This document shows, piece after piece, positions 46,776 through 56,970 of a stretch of 64,000 bases of DNA. Origin of the DNA: Candidatus Woesearchaeota archaeon (GTDB taxonomy: Archaea > Nanobdellota > Nanobdellia > Woesearchaeales > GW2011-AR4); NCBI GenBank assembly GCA_018303655.1, contig JAGVXT010000021.1:18811-82810 (forward strand). The letters run 5' to 3'. Position numbers and translations under genes: made by a program. The notes under the pieces were generated by a model, which was not told the origin of the DNA, ran no database searches, and saw only the letters and a list, made by a program, of their open reading frames with translations. Every line of letters starts with the position of its first letter. The first letter of the stretch is position 1.

Positions 46776-48230
46776 ATGAGCAGCGTCAGGAGAATTGCCG
46801 TAAATACTGTATCTTTGGGCATTGCAGAGATAGTTGCAAAGGTTGCCCAATTCATTATTTTTGTTTATGTAGCCAGGCAATTGGGCAATGCTATGTTTGG
46901 AAGATTCAACTTTGCCTATTCATTTTCATTGATAGCGGTGATATTTGCCGATATAGGAATAAACTATATGATTATCAGGGAGATTTCCAGAAAAAAAGAG
47001 CTGTTGAATAAGTTCATTAGCAACTCTTTCTTAATAAAAATAGTGCTGGGCACTATAATTTTTATTTTAAGTGTTGCTGTTCTGAACGCTTTCAATTATC
47101 CCAAAGAGACCAGGATTCTGGTTTATTTGTTTTTAGTGTATATGTTTTTGCGCTCCAATACGGAGCTTCTATTTTCTGTTTTTAAGGCATTTGAAAGGAT
47201 GCACTATGAAGCTTTGATAAAAAGCTTGGGAATCATCTTGATTCTTATTTTAGGCATATACAGCCTGATGTTTGCGAAAAACATAATTTTTCTCGGCTTT
47301 CTGTATGTCCTGGTCGAGCTTTCAGTGTTCTTGGTGACTTTGGCCGTTGTGACGACTAAATTCGTGAGGATTAAACTGGAGGCTGACTTTGCCTTCATTA
47401 AGAAGATAATAAAGCTTGCATTCCCGTTTACATTGGCTGTTATTTTTTCAGGGGTTTATTTTTATATTGACACAATCATGCTTTCATTCATGAAGGGTGA
47501 TGTTCCTGTAGGGGTATACAGCGCTTCCTATAATATAACGTTGGCTTTGTTGTTTATACCAAGCATGTACACCTTTGCCATATACCCGATCCTGGCAAGC
47601 AGTTATGATAAATCTAAAAAAAAGGTTACTTTTATATATGAAAGATCTTTCAAGTACCTGTACATACTTGGCTTGCCTATAAGCATTGGCCTTTTTATTA
47701 TTGCAAGAAATATAATTCTTTTTGTTTACGGGCAGAATTATTCATCCTCAATAATTGCACTGAAAATTTTGGCATGGTTTGTGCTGTTTAAATTTTTAAG
47801 CTACCTGACCGGGATTGTGCTTTCCTCAATAAATATACAAAAATACAGGACCTACAGCCAGGGCACAGCTGCGTTTTTGAACCTTGGGCTGAACCTTATA
47901 TTAATCCCAAAATATAGCTTTATAGGGGCCGGAATTGCCACTTTAACAAGCGAGATAGTTTTATTTGCGCTTACTTTTGCCTTTGTTTCCATGCATTTTC
48001 ATGCTTTCAATGTGCTGAAAATTCTGTATAAGCCATTAATTGCTGCGGCTGTAATGGCAATTGCAGTTATTTTTTTGGAGCTGAACATGTTTTTGGTCAT
48101 AATAATCGGTGCTGTTGTGTACTTCACGGTTTTATTTTTGCTAAAATCATTTGATGAAAAAGATTATTCATTGATGAAAAAATTGATAAAAATAGGCAAT
48201 CCTGATAAACATGAAATGTCATCCAGCTAG
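46776..48230 (+). CDS. Wzx-like oligosaccharide flippase (MOP family)
   Basis: 484 aa with about 12-14 TM helices. Confidence 0.7.
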   Translation: MSSVRRIAVNTVSLGIAEIVAKVAQFIIFVYVARQLGNAMFGRFNFAYSFSLIAVIFADIGINYMIIREISRKKELLNKFISNSFLIKIVLGTIIFILSVAVLNAFNYPKETRILVYLFLVYMFLRSNTELLFSVFKAFERMHYEALIKSLGIILILILGIYSLMFAKNIIFLGFLYVLVELSVFLVTLAVVTTKFVRIKLEADFAFIKKIIKLAFPFTLAVIFSGVYFYIDTIMLSFMKGDVPVGVYSASYNITLALLFIPSMYTFAIYPILASSYDKSKKKVTFIYERSFKYLYILGLPISIGLFIIARNIILFVYGQNYSSSIIALKILAWFVLFKFLSYLTGIVLSSINIQKYRTYSQGTAAFLNLGLNLILIPKYSFIGAGIATLTSEIVLFALTFAFVSMHFHAFNVLKILYKPLIAAAVMAIAVIFLELNMFLVIIIGAVVYFTVLFLLKSFDEKDYSLMKKLIKIGNPDKHEMSSS

Positions 48231-49455
48231 AAAATATTCTGTTTTGGAAAGCATAAAAAACAGGAAAGAAGTTAAAGAAGATGCAGCAATAAATTTTTTG
48301 CAAGGAGAATTGCATGACATAGCCTATTCTTATGTTAACGGGGGTTTTTCCAGAAAGGGCTTTGTTTTTTATCCGTTGATGAAGGGTTTGTCGAACGAAA
48401 ATAAAAATAAAATAATTGGATTGAGAACAGTTGCTGAATTTCTTGATGAGCGTGGCTATGATTTCAGCAGCACGTTGGGCTTATTCAAAAAATTTAAGGT
48501 AAATGGAAAGAGCGCGCCTTTGTTTTTATCCTGTTTGTATAATGATTTTTCAAATGCAGGGAAGCCGAAAACAGAAACCAGAAGAGTGGGATGCGAAGAA
48601 TTTGACTTGAGCAGTTATCCAAGGGAAGATTATGGGTATTTGAAACCGGTAGTGGAGCTAAAGGGGTTTGCTGAAGGTAAGTTGGAGGAATATTTAGTGG
48701 ATCTGCACATACACGGGAGCATAGCCACCAGAGATTATGTAAGGGGCTGGAGCGACTTAGACACGCTTATCATAATAAAGAAAAGTGCCTTGGACAGTCC
48801 TAAGCTGCTTGTTAAGCTGAGGGATTTGCTTTACATGTCTAAAAAGTATTTTTACAAAATTGATCCTTTGCAGCACCATGGCCACATGGTTATAACAGAA
48901 TATGACCTTGATTATTACTGCCAAACATTTTTCCCTTTGATTTTATTTAAGTACTCAAAATCTGTTTTTGGGAAAAAAAGCCTAAATGTCAAAGTTAGAG
49001 ACAGCAAGACAGAGAATGTAGATCGCTTTTGCTCTTTCGCGGATTATTTCAGGAACCTGTACCTGAACAAGAAGTTTTCTATGGGCAGCTACGAGCTGAA
49101 ATTCCTTTTTCATGCCATTGCCCTGTTTCCGACATTGTACCTGCAGGCCAAGGAAATACATGTCTATAAAAAATTCTCATTTGGCATGGCAAGAAAGGAT
49201 TTTGATGAAGTGCTGTGGAATCCGATAGATGAAGTCACCAGTATAAGAAAGGAATGGAAGGCACCAGGCGAGATGCCATTTATTGGGACAATCTCAAGCA
49301 TAAATCCTTTGCTTGCTTATCAGATAAATTCAAAATATCTGGATATGTCCAATAAAATTCAGAGATTAAATAATTTTGACATTAAGAAGATTGTTGTGGG
49401 GATGTATGCGCTTTCGGAAAGTGCATTGAGCAAGATAAAGCCTAGTGATTCCTGA
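48211..49455 (+). CDS. Pol-beta superfamily nucleotidyltransferase-fold protein (414 aa)
   Basis: HIHGSIATRDYVRGWSDLDTLIII matches the minimal NTase motif hG[GS]-x9-13-Dh[DE]. Followed by a HHGH-type segment. Confidence 0.5.
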   Translation: MKCHPARKYSVLESIKNRKEVKEDAAINFLQGELHDIAYSYVNGGFSRKGFVFYPLMKGLSNENKNKIIGLRTVAEFLDERGYDFSSTLGLFKKFKVNGKSAPLFLSCLYNDFSNAGKPKTETRRVGCEEFDLSSYPREDYGYLKPVVELKGFAEGKLEEYLVDLHIHGSIATRDYVRGWSDLDTLIIIKKSALDSPKLLVKLRDLLYMSKKYFYKIDPLQHHGHMVITEYDLDYYCQTFFPLILFKYSKSVFGKKSLNVKVRDSKTENVDRFCSFADYFRNLYLNKKFSMGSYELKFLFHAIALFPTLYLQAKEIHVYKKFSFGMARKDFDEVLWNPIDEVTSIRKEWKAPGEMPFIGTISSINPLLAYQINSKYLDMSNKIQRLNNFDIKKIVVGMYALSESALSKIKPSDS

Positions 49456-50647
49456 AAAGGCTCCTAAATGAAAATAATATTCTTCTGAAAGCAGAACTGC
49501 TTGTTATGAGAATGAATGCGAGTATTAGCTTGTTCTTGAAGCCTCTTTCAGTCTTGTAGCCCAAGGGGAAGAAGCATGGGTAATGAGAGTGCTTAAGCTT
49601 ATTGGCGTACTCAACCTGATCATTTAATATCTGGATTCTTTTTTTTATGATTGGGTCAATATTGCTCTGCATGCATTTTATGGAAAGCCTTTTTTTTATA
49701 TATCTGCTTAGCCTTCCGTCAGCGCTTGAATAGCAGCATAATTGATTCAATAGGCTTATGGGAAGTATGGAGTAAAAGTTCTTGTATTTCACAAAGTGAT
49801 TTATCATCTGGCTTACCGCTCTTTCATTGTTCCATTCCTTCACGAATGAAATCCTGTTTTTGTTGCCCTTAAATATGATGTTTTGTTTTTTTGCGTTTAT
49901 AAGGTTGTTTTTATCCCTTGATAGGAATGCGTTGAATTCCGTAACAAAGTCCATTGACACATAAACCGCCTCTTTCAATAAATCGAAAAGCTCTGCTTCT
50001 CTTGGCTTTTCATTTAGCCTAAACCAATTTTTCCTGAGGTTGTTTACCCTCCCAGAAAAATTTTTCCATGCTGGTTTTTTTAAGCCGGCAATTTCATTGA
50101 AAATATTGAAACTGTGACCTAATGCATTGAGCCTTACCAGAACCATCCTGGCATTAAGCCTTTTTGAAAGGAGTATGTAAAGGTAATCAACCGGAAAATG
50201 CCTTAAAATAACGTCTGCTGTAAGGCAAGTTTTGATTTTTTTAAGCTCTGATTTTGAAGGCGTGTGGATGGCAATTTCCTTTCCGTATATTTTTATGAAA
50301 TTTGAGTTTGGATAGATGTATCTCATGTTTTTCATGATATCCTCAGTTATGATAAAAAAAGGATGAAAAACCAGATAGCTTGAGTCTTTATCGGTGTAAG
50401 TTCTCCTAAGAAATGATGGAAGCCTTGAGCCTTCTTTCAGCACAAATATAAGGTCTATGTCGGATATTCCTGGGACGCTTACATGCCCGAATGTATAGAC
50501 TGAAAGTATTTCCTTTGTTTTTTCTGCTTTGCGCCTTATCTTATCCAGCACACGTTCATAATCTTTTAGCCCGTACTTAATGGGGTGCGCATAGAATGAA
50601 ATATCTTCCTTTTTTAAATTCTCAATGTAGCGGTTTTTTATTTTCAT
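49442..50647 (-). CDS. Pol-beta superfamily nucleotidyltransferase-fold protein, paralog of 48211..49455 (401 aa)
   Basis: FGHVSVPGISDIDLIFVLK (GS..DxD) followed by ...VFHPFFIITED.... Same architecture as the neighbour. The two genes are convergent with a 14-bp 3' overlap. Confidence 0.45.
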   Translation of the reverse strand: MKIKNRYIENLKKEDISFYAHPIKYGLKDYERVLDKIRRKAEKTKEILSVYTFGHVSVPGISDIDLIFVLKEGSRLPSFLRRTYTDKDSSYLVFHPFFIITEDIMKNMRYIYPNSNFIKIYGKEIAIHTPSKSELKKIKTCLTADVILRHFPVDYLYILLSKRLNARMVLVRLNALGHSFNIFNEIAGLKKPAWKNFSGRVNNLRKNWFRLNEKPREAELFDLLKEAVYVSMDFVTEFNAFLSRDKNNLINAKKQNIIFKGNKNRISFVKEWNNERAVSQMINHFVKYKNFYSILPISLLNQLCCYSSADGRLSRYIKKRLSIKCMQSNIDPIIKKRIQILNDQVEYANKLKHSHYPCFFPLGYKTERGFKNKLILAFILITSSSAFRRILFSFRSLFRNH

Positions 50648-50653
50648 GCAGCA

Positions 50654-51454
50654 CTATCTGTACCTTATCGGGTTTCTCTTTTTCATTTCTGCGTACAAGT
50701 AATTGAATTCCTCTCCTGTTATTTCTTTGTTGTTCAGCTTTTTCAGTATGATGCCGAAGTTATAGGGCCCTTCCGCAACCCTGAAGTAATCTATTACCTT
50801 GAATCCAAGAAACTGGAAATATGTTTCATGAAGGCTGCTTATGTAAGCTCCATGGCAATGCACGCTGTAACCATCCTTTTTTGTAAGATCAGATAGAATG
50901 GCATAAATTTCCATGGCCCTGCAAACGTTTGAATGCTTTTCGTCCTCGATGCTTGGGTTGTCGTGCAGCAGGTTGTTTGAAAAGGTTATGTCAAATTTTT
51001 TGCTTGCTTTTGAACCAAAATTTTCCAGACTCAGAATTTTTCCATTGTCTTTTGCCATCAAGCTGGTGGTGTTTGCCCTTGTCTTGCCTAAGAAGCCCAA
51101 ATGTTCGGTTTTTGCATCAACAGGCAATATTTCCAATAAATCAATGCCTGAGAAATCAACGTTTGACAGTACCTTTCTAAGCTCGCTTATTTTTGACTCT
51201 TCAATCTCAAAAATGTTTTTTGCCAGGTTAAATTCAACAAATGGCTCTATAATCGTGAAAAATTCATTTAACCTGTTCTTGGCAAGAAAAGAGCAGTTTA
51301 TGATATTCAAGAGCAAAGGGTCATAGCTGGAATTCAATATTTTTGGAAATTTGTCCTTTTCAAACAAGACTATTCCGTTTCTTGTTTTTTCATGAAAAAT
51401 TTGCACTTTGCTGTTAATTGTGTCATCAATGCCTTTCCTGATGTCAACTTCCAT
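50654..51454 (-). CDS. hypothetical protein (266 aa)
   Basis: No recognisable motif. Confidence 0.3.
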   Translation of the reverse strand: MEVDIRKGIDDTINSKVQIFHEKTRNGIVLFEKDKFPKILNSSYDPLLLNIINCSFLAKNRLNEFFTIIEPFVEFNLAKNIFEIEESKISELRKVLSNVDFSGIDLLEILPVDAKTEHLGFLGKTRANTTSLMAKDNGKILSLENFGSKASKKFDITFSNNLLHDNPSIEDEKHSNVCRAMEIYAILSDLTKKDGYSVHCHGAYISSLHETYFQFLGFKVIDYFRVAEGPYNFGIILKKLNNKEITGEEFNYLYAEMKKRNPIRYR

Positions 51455-51582
51455 AAGCTTGGATTATAAACCTGTTTTATAAAACTTTCCTCAATATTTA
51501 TGCCGATAGTTGGGTGTTTTATTGTCGTTGTATCACAGAAAACTTTATATATGGCAATACATACTTAACAATTGTGAATTAA

Positions 51583-52986
51583 ATGAAAGTATTGCTTATA
51601 CTGCCTCCAAATATAGGAAGGTATGTTGTTGCTACAGTCCCGCATGCCGGCCTTGCTTATCTTGCAGCTATTTTGGAAAGGGATGGCCATCAGGTTGAAA
51701 TACATGACATGAGGATTTATTCTGATGACAGGCTTTTGGCAAAAAAGATTGAAAGCTTCAAGCCAAGGCTTATAGGCCTTTCAACAGCAAGCATCGGGTA
51801 TAAGATGTCTTATGAAATAATCAACACGATAAAGAAAAAATACCCGAATATCCCATTGGCCATCGGTGGGTCATACGCTTCCACGGTTCACACAAAAGTT
51901 TTGGAGGATACTAAAGCAGATTATGCTGTTTATGGGGAAGGGGAACAAACCTTTTTGGACTTGGCAAAAGGAATTGCTCCGAGCAAAATAAAGGGGCTTA
52001 TCTGGAGGGATAACGGGGAGATTATAATGAATCCGCCTTATCCGCTTGTGCAGGATCTTGACAGCATGCCTTTTCCAAAATATGAGAAATTTGAATTAAG
52101 CAAGATGCTTGAGAAAAGGATTCCAATAGTAAGCTCAAGAGGATGCCCGAACAGGTGCACTTTTTGCTCCATACAGCTTGTCATGGGATATCCGTTCAGG
52201 ACCCGAAGCCCTGAAAATGTCTTGAAGGAAATTGAATACTGGTATAAGAAAGGCTACGACACATTTGAGTTCAGCGATGATAATTTCACCTTCAACATGC
52301 CGAGGGCAGAAAAGATATGCGACTTAATAATAGAAAGCGGCATGAAAATAAAGATAATTTTTGGCAATGGCTTGAGGGCTGACAGGGTTAACGCAAATCT
52401 GCTTAAAAAATTAAGGGAAGCAGGATGCATCTGGATAGGCTACGGGCTTGAGACTTCTGATTTGCACAGCCTGGAGCTGTTGAAGAAAGATTTGGATGTA
52501 AACCAGCTGAAATGGGCTGTCAAGGAGTCAAAAAAGCTGGGAATTGAAGTGCAGGTCCATAACATAATCGGAACGCCTGGGTCAACATTTGACACTTTTA
52601 TGAAAGACATTAAGCTTGCGGATGACTTGGGCATTGACCAAGTAAGATTCTTTAACATGATTCCGTACCCCGGAACTGAGATGTTTGAATGGGTAAAGCA
52701 GAATGGCAGGTTTTTGCACCAGCCTGATGAATATCTGAACAGCCTGGATTACTGGGCTGAAGAGCCTGTTTTTGAGACAGATGACTTCACAAGAGAAGAA
52801 AGAATCAAAGCTTTCCGCATAGGCCAGGACAAGGTTATGGAGCTTCATTTAAGAAGGCACTTTGGCAAGGGCTTGGGAAGAATGGGCTTTAAATTATACA
52901 AGAACAGCCTGATAAAAAAGTATGGCATGAAGCCGGCTACAAAAGCTTGGATTATGCTCAAAAGATTAAGAATAAAGCAGCATTAA
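51583..52986 (+). CDS. cobalamin-binding (class B) radical SAM protein
   Basis: [10 protein letters not shown]...[23 protein letters not shown]. Confidence 0.8.
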   Translation: MKVLLILPPNIGRYVVATVPHAGLAYLAAILERDGHQVEIHDMRIYSDDRLLAKKIESFKPRLIGLSTASIGYKMSYEIINTIKKKYPNIPLAIGGSYASTVHTKVLEDTKADYAVYGEGEQTFLDLAKGIAPSKIKGLIWRDNGEIIMNPPYPLVQDLDSMPFPKYEKFELSKMLEKRIPIVSSRGCPNRCTFCSIQLVMGYPFRTRSPENVLKEIEYWYKKGYDTFEFSDDNFTFNMPRAEKICDLIIESGMKIKIIFGNGLRADRVNANLLKKLREAGCIWIGYGLETSDLHSLELLKKDLDVNQLKWAVKESKKLGIEVQVHNIIGTPGSTFDTFMKDIKLADDLGIDQVRFFNMIPYPGTEMFEWVKQNGRFLHQPDEYLNSLDYWAEEPVFETDDFTREERIKAFRIGQDKVMELHLRRHFGKGLGRMGFKLYKNSLIKKYGMKPATKAWIMLKRLRIKQH

Positions 52987-53924
52987 TCCTGATTTTTATT
53001 ATATTTAAAAAAATCTATAGTTTTTCTCAAGCCTTCTTTTAACTCGATTTTCGGCTCCCATTTCAGCATTTTTTTTGCCCTTGATATGTCAGGGCATCTT
53101 ACATGCGGATCATCTATTGGCAATGGCCTGAAAACAATTTTGCTCCTGCTTTTTGTAAGCTCTTTTATTAATTCAGCAAACTCGAGAATGGTGTGTTCTT
53201 CGGGATTTCCAAGATTGACAGGCTCGCTTATGTTTGAAAGCATTAAATTGTATATGCCCTCAACCAGATCGTTCACATAGCAGAAGCTTCTTGTCTGGTT
53301 ACCTTTTCCATAAACGGTCATCGGTTCGTTTTTTAATGCCTGCGTTATGAAGTTCGGCACAACCCTTCCGTCATTTTTTCTCATCCTTGGGCCATAAGTG
53401 TTGAAAATCCTGACAATTTTTGTGTCAAGTTGGTGTATCCTATGGTAGGCCATTGTAAGCGCTTCCGCAAACCTTTTGGCTTCGTCATAGCATCCCCTTA
53501 TTCCAATGGGGTTGACATTGCCCCAGTAAGTTTCAGGCTGCGGATTTACCAGTGGATCGCCGTAAACCTCTGATGTTGAGGCAAGCACATACTTTGATTT
53601 TTTAGCCAATGCCAATCCAAGAGTGTTATGTGTGCCAAGGCTTCCAACCTTTAATGTCTGTATAGGTATTTTCTGGTAGTCAATCGGGGATGCAGGCGAT
53701 GCAAAGTGCAGCACAAAATCAAGCTTTTCATTGACAACAATATGCTTGCTTACATCATGGTAAATATAAGTAAAATCTTTGCTGCTTCTCAAGTGGCTTA
53801 TGTTGCTTATGCCGCCTGTTGCAAGATTGTCCATGGCGATTACCTTGTATCCTTTGCCTAAAAGAAACTCGCAAATGTGGCTTCCGATAAATCCTGCTCC
53901 TCCTGTTATTAATGCTGTTTTCAT
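52983..53924 (-). CDS. UDP-glucuronate decarboxylase (UDP-xylose synthase)-like NAD-dependent epimerase/dehydratase
   Basis: [22 protein letters not shown]...STSEVYGDP...YDEAKR is the UXS/ArnA-type signature. Confidence 0.75.
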   Translation of the reverse strand: MKTALITGGAGFIGSHICEFLLGKGYKVIAMDNLATGGISNISHLRSSKDFTYIYHDVSKHIVVNEKLDFVLHFASPASPIDYQKIPIQTLKVGSLGTHNTLGLALAKKSKYVLASTSEVYGDPLVNPQPETYWGNVNPIGIRGCYDEAKRFAEALTMAYHRIHQLDTKIVRIFNTYGPRMRKNDGRVVPNFITQALKNEPMTVYGKGNQTRSFCYVNDLVEGIYNLMLSNISEPVNLGNPEEHTILEFAELIKELTKSRSKIVFRPLPIDDPHVRCPDISRAKKMLKWEPKIELKEGLRKTIDFFKYNKNQD

Positions 53925-54655
53925 TTTTGCTTGTAATATCTGTTTGCCTTTTCCAGCTGCTCAATGCTTCCTATATCATACCATTTCTTATCTGTAACAA
54001 AGGAATGCACCTGCTCCCTTTTGTGAAGCCATTCTATGAAATTGCCGGTTTTGTCAGGGTTGTTACCCTGCTCAATGTATTTTTTTATTAAGGGTATTGT
54101 CTTCTTTGGGAACAGATAAATTCCTGTTGAAGCAAGTGTTGATTTTGGGGCAACAGGCTTTTCCTCAAAATTCACGATGATGCCATTATCTATATCAACA
54201 ATTCCATAATGCTTCGCTAATTTAATGTCCTTTACATCATAAAGGACGATAACATTTGATTTTTTCTTTTTGAAGAAATTGGCAGCATCCTCTAAGGGCA
54301 TCTCAAAAAGGTTGTCGCCTGCAACCACTATGATATCATTGTCAAGGTTTTTTTTGGTGATGGTGTGGTGTATGTCGCCCAAAGCGCCAAGCCTGTCTTC
54401 ATTGCTTTTGGTGCCGTCGTTTATTATTTCAATCGGGTTTTCTGCATTAAAATTGTTGATCCATTTTTTGAAATGCTGCTCGAATTTGTCGTTTGTGACA
54501 ATGTAGATTTTATTGATTGAATCTATCTTGCTTAATTTTTTTATTATATGTTCTATTATGGGCTTTCCTGCAACATTCAGCAACGGCTTTGGAGTGTTTT
54601 CTGTCAGGGGATACAGCCTTGTTGCATATCCTGCTGCCAATATTATCGCGTCCAT
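53921..54655 (-). CDS. sugar-phosphate nucleotidyltransferase (short RmlA/GalU-like)
   Basis: [26 protein letters not shown] is the G-x-G-T-R-L...K-P signature. Confidence 0.75.
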   Translation of the reverse strand: MDAIILAAGYATRLYPLTENTPKPLLNVAGKPIIEHIIKKLSKIDSINKIYIVTNDKFEQHFKKWINNFNAENPIEIINDGTKSNEDRLGALGDIHHTITKKNLDNDIIVVAGDNLFEMPLEDAANFFKKKKSNVIVLYDVKDIKLAKHYGIVDIDNGIIVNFEEKPVAPKSTLASTGIYLFPKKTIPLIKKYIEQGNNPDKTGNFIEWLHKREQVHSFVTDKKWYDIGSIEQLEKANRYYKQK

Positions 54656-55957
54656 TTAGTGCACTTCCTTTCTTCCAATGCTGATGTACGTGAAGCCATC
54701 ATTTTTCATGTCTTCTAGCCTATAAATGTTCCTACCGTCAATGATTAATGGATGCTTCATCAGGGATTTTATTCTTTTCATATCAATTTCTTTGAACTCG
54801 TCCCATTCCGTGACTATGACAAGAGCGTCTGCATCTTTTGCGGCGTCGTAAGTGTTGCTGCAATATTCAATATTTTTCAGTATGCCTTTTGATTTTTCCA
54901 TTGCCTTCGGATCATATGCCTTTATTTTTGCCCCTTCTTTCTGCAACTCTGTTATGATGTCAACAGAAGGCGCGAATCTCATGTCATCAGTGTTTGGCTT
55001 GAATGCCAGCCCCAGAATGCCGATTGTCTTGCCCTTTACAATCCACAATGCCTTTTCTATCTTGCTTACAAAATGATTTCTTTGATTATTGTTTATTTCC
55101 TGAACTGCCTTGAGCAGACTGAAATCATATCCGAATTTTTCTGATATCCTTATGAATGCTTCTGCATCCTTTGGAAAGCAAAAGCCCCCATATCCAATTC
55201 CTGCGTCAAGGAAGCTTCTTCCGATTCTTTTGTCATAGCCCATTCCTTCCGCCACTTTTTCGACATCAGCACCTGCTGCCTCGCAGATGCTTGCTATTGC
55301 ATTTATGAAGGATATTTTTGCTGCAAGAAATGAGTTTGATGCGTGCTTTATGATTTCAGCGCTTTTTATGTCTGTGAATATGATTGGAGCCTTTAATGGT
55401 GAGTACAGTTTTTTCATTATATCTTTTGCCCTTTCGCTTTCGCACCCAATCACTATCCTGTCAGGATGCATGAAGTCATTGACAGCGCTTCCTTCCCTCA
55501 AAAATTCGGGATTGCTGACAACATCAAAATCAACTTTGTGCGCATTGTAGCTTTTTATTGACTTTGCAATTTTATCCCCCGTTTCAACAGGCACGGTGCT
55601 TTTCTCAACAATTATCTTGTAAGAGTCCATTACATCCGCAATAGTTCTTGCAACGTCTTCAACGTAGCTCAAATCAGCTTCCCCATTCTTCTTTGGAGGA
55701 GTGCCTACGCAGATGAATATTATATCTGATTCTTTTATTGATTTTTTAAGGTCTGTTGTGAAGCTTATTTTTCCTTTTTTCCTGTTTTTTATTAATAACT
55801 CCTCCAAACCGGGCTCAAAGATTGGAATAATATTGTTATTCAGATTCTTTATCTTGTCCTCTTCTATATCAACGCAGACAACATCGTTTCCAAGCTCTGC
55901 AAAGCAAGCCCCCGTGACCAAGCCAACATAGCCTGCTCCCACAACTGCAATTTTCAT
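54656..55957 (-). CDS. ugd: UDP-glucose 6-dehydrogenase
   Basis: MKIAVVGAGYVGLVTGACFAELGNDV. GGFCFPKD catalytic Cys motif. 433 aa. Confidence 0.85.
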   Translation of the reverse strand: MKIAVVGAGYVGLVTGACFAELGNDVVCVDIEEDKIKNLNNNIIPIFEPGLEELLIKNRKKGKISFTTDLKKSIKESDIIFICVGTPPKKNGEADLSYVEDVARTIADVMDSYKIIVEKSTVPVETGDKIAKSIKSYNAHKVDFDVVSNPEFLREGSAVNDFMHPDRIVIGCESERAKDIMKKLYSPLKAPIIFTDIKSAEIIKHASNSFLAAKISFINAIASICEAAGADVEKVAEGMGYDKRIGRSFLDAGIGYGGFCFPKDAEAFIRISEKFGYDFSLLKAVQEINNNQRNHFVSKIEKALWIVKGKTIGILGLAFKPNTDDMRFAPSVDIITELQKEGAKIKAYDPKAMEKSKGILKNIEYCSNTYDAAKDADALVIVTEWDEFKEIDMKRIKSLMKHPLIIDGRNIYRLEDMKNDGFTYISIGRKEVH

Positions 55958-56021
55958 ATAGCTTTAGAACAGAAACATATTTAAATATCTTACCATTATC
56001 CTACTTTATCATACCTTTAAA

Positions 56022-56822
56022 ATGCCTAAAACTAAAATATCCATAACCATCAATGGGAAGACTTTGCAGGACATAGATTCTATCATTGACAATATATATA
56101 TTCGCAACAGAAGTCAAGCTATAGAGCACCTTGCGAAGAACGCTTTGGGAGAGAACAAGGCTGCTGTTATTCTACTTGGGGGCAATGACGGGCATTTAAG
56201 AATCTCAAAGGAAGATTACAGGCCGACTGCAAGAATAAAAAATAATTCTGTTATAGAACTGGGGCTGAAAAAGCTGAGGGAAAACAATTTCAAGACTGTG
56301 TTCATTGTCGCAAGGCATAATTTATTGACAAAATTGTTTGAAATGCTGAAAGACGGCACAAACTATGGCGTAAAAATAAATTATATTGAAGAAAAATCCT
56401 CCAATGGCACTGCAGATTCTTTGAGGCTGTTAAAAGGAAGGGTTAATGCCAATTTCCTTGTTGTTTACGGCGATTTAATCTTTAACAAGATAAACATTGA
56501 GGAATTGTGGAATGACCACATAAAGCAGAATGCAATTGCAACAATAATGCTTACAACATCTTCAAAGCCAAGCGAAAAAGGAACTGTAAGGGTTGAGGGC
56601 AATAAAGTACTTGCCTTTACGCAAAAGCCTAAAAAATCCGATATTTACCTTGTGTTTTCCCCTATATTTGTTGCAGAGCCCCAGATTTTTGAGTACTCCG
56701 GAGCCAGCCTGGAATTCAATGTTTTTCCTGAACTGGCTGACAAAGGGCTTTTGAACGGACATTTGAGTTCCGAGAAAGAGGTACACATTCATACAAAAAG
56801 AGACGTTGAGAATTTAAAATAA
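56022..56822 (+). CDS. NTP-transferase-fold (sugar nucleotidyltransferase-like) protein with N-terminal RHH-like domain
   Basis: Core: ...AAVILLGGNDG...GTADSLRLL...FLVVYGDLIF. The pyrophosphorylase signature is divergent. The N-terminal about 45 aa KISITINGKTLQDIDSIIDNIYIRNRSQAIEHLAKNAL fit a ribbon-helix-helix pattern. Confidence 0.5.
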   Translation: MPKTKISITINGKTLQDIDSIIDNIYIRNRSQAIEHLAKNALGENKAAVILLGGNDGHLRISKEDYRPTARIKNNSVIELGLKKLRENNFKTVFIVARHNLLTKLFEMLKDGTNYGVKINYIEEKSSNGTADSLRLLKGRVNANFLVVYGDLIFNKINIEELWNDHIKQNAIATIMLTTSSKPSEKGTVRVEGNKVLAFTQKPKKSDIYLVFSPIFVAEPQIFEYSGASLEFNVFPELADKGLLNGHLSSEKEVHIHTKRDVENLK

Positions 56823-56862
56823 GGTGGACAGCTTTTCCAGTTTCCCACACATAAGTGAAGTA

Positions 56863-56970
56863 CTGCTGGAAACGGAGGCTTGCTTAACTTCCGTGAACCC
56901 GGAAAGTGCTTGGTGCACATCCTTTCGGGATGGGAACGGGTGAACCAAGCCCCTATGACCGTCCAAGCAG
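56863..56970 (+). ncRNA. candidate structured ncRNA within a GC-rich island (56823-56975); class unknown
   Basis: About 52% GC in a roughly 33% GC genome. Closing helix CUGCUGG/CCAAGCAG. Hairpin ACGGAGG-9nt-CUUCCGU. Hairpin CCCGGAA...UUUCGGG enclosing GUGC-UUGGU-GCAC. Hairpin GGA(A)CGG...CCGUCC. Loop-loop complementarity GCUUGGU (56908-14) / ACCAAGC (56944-50). Strand is uncertain. Confidence 0.35.

Noticed and set aside
48211-50647. CBASS-like cGAS/DncV-type CD-NTase pair
   Set aside because: No effector or Cap2/Cap3/HORMA genes nearby. The neighbours are flippase, glycosyltransferase and radical SAM genes. The two proteins are paralogs of each other rather than a cyclase plus effector.
56863-56970. 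5S rRNA identity for the GC-rich structured element (motifs GAACCCGGAAAG and AAGUGAAG resemble 5S loop C/helix III sequences)
   Set aside because: The matching motifs sit in the wrong structural context. Here GAACCCGGAA forms the 5' arm of its own hairpin rather than loop C of a long helix II/III arm. Helix I is short. The overall three-hairpin junction does not reproduce the 5S three-domain topology.
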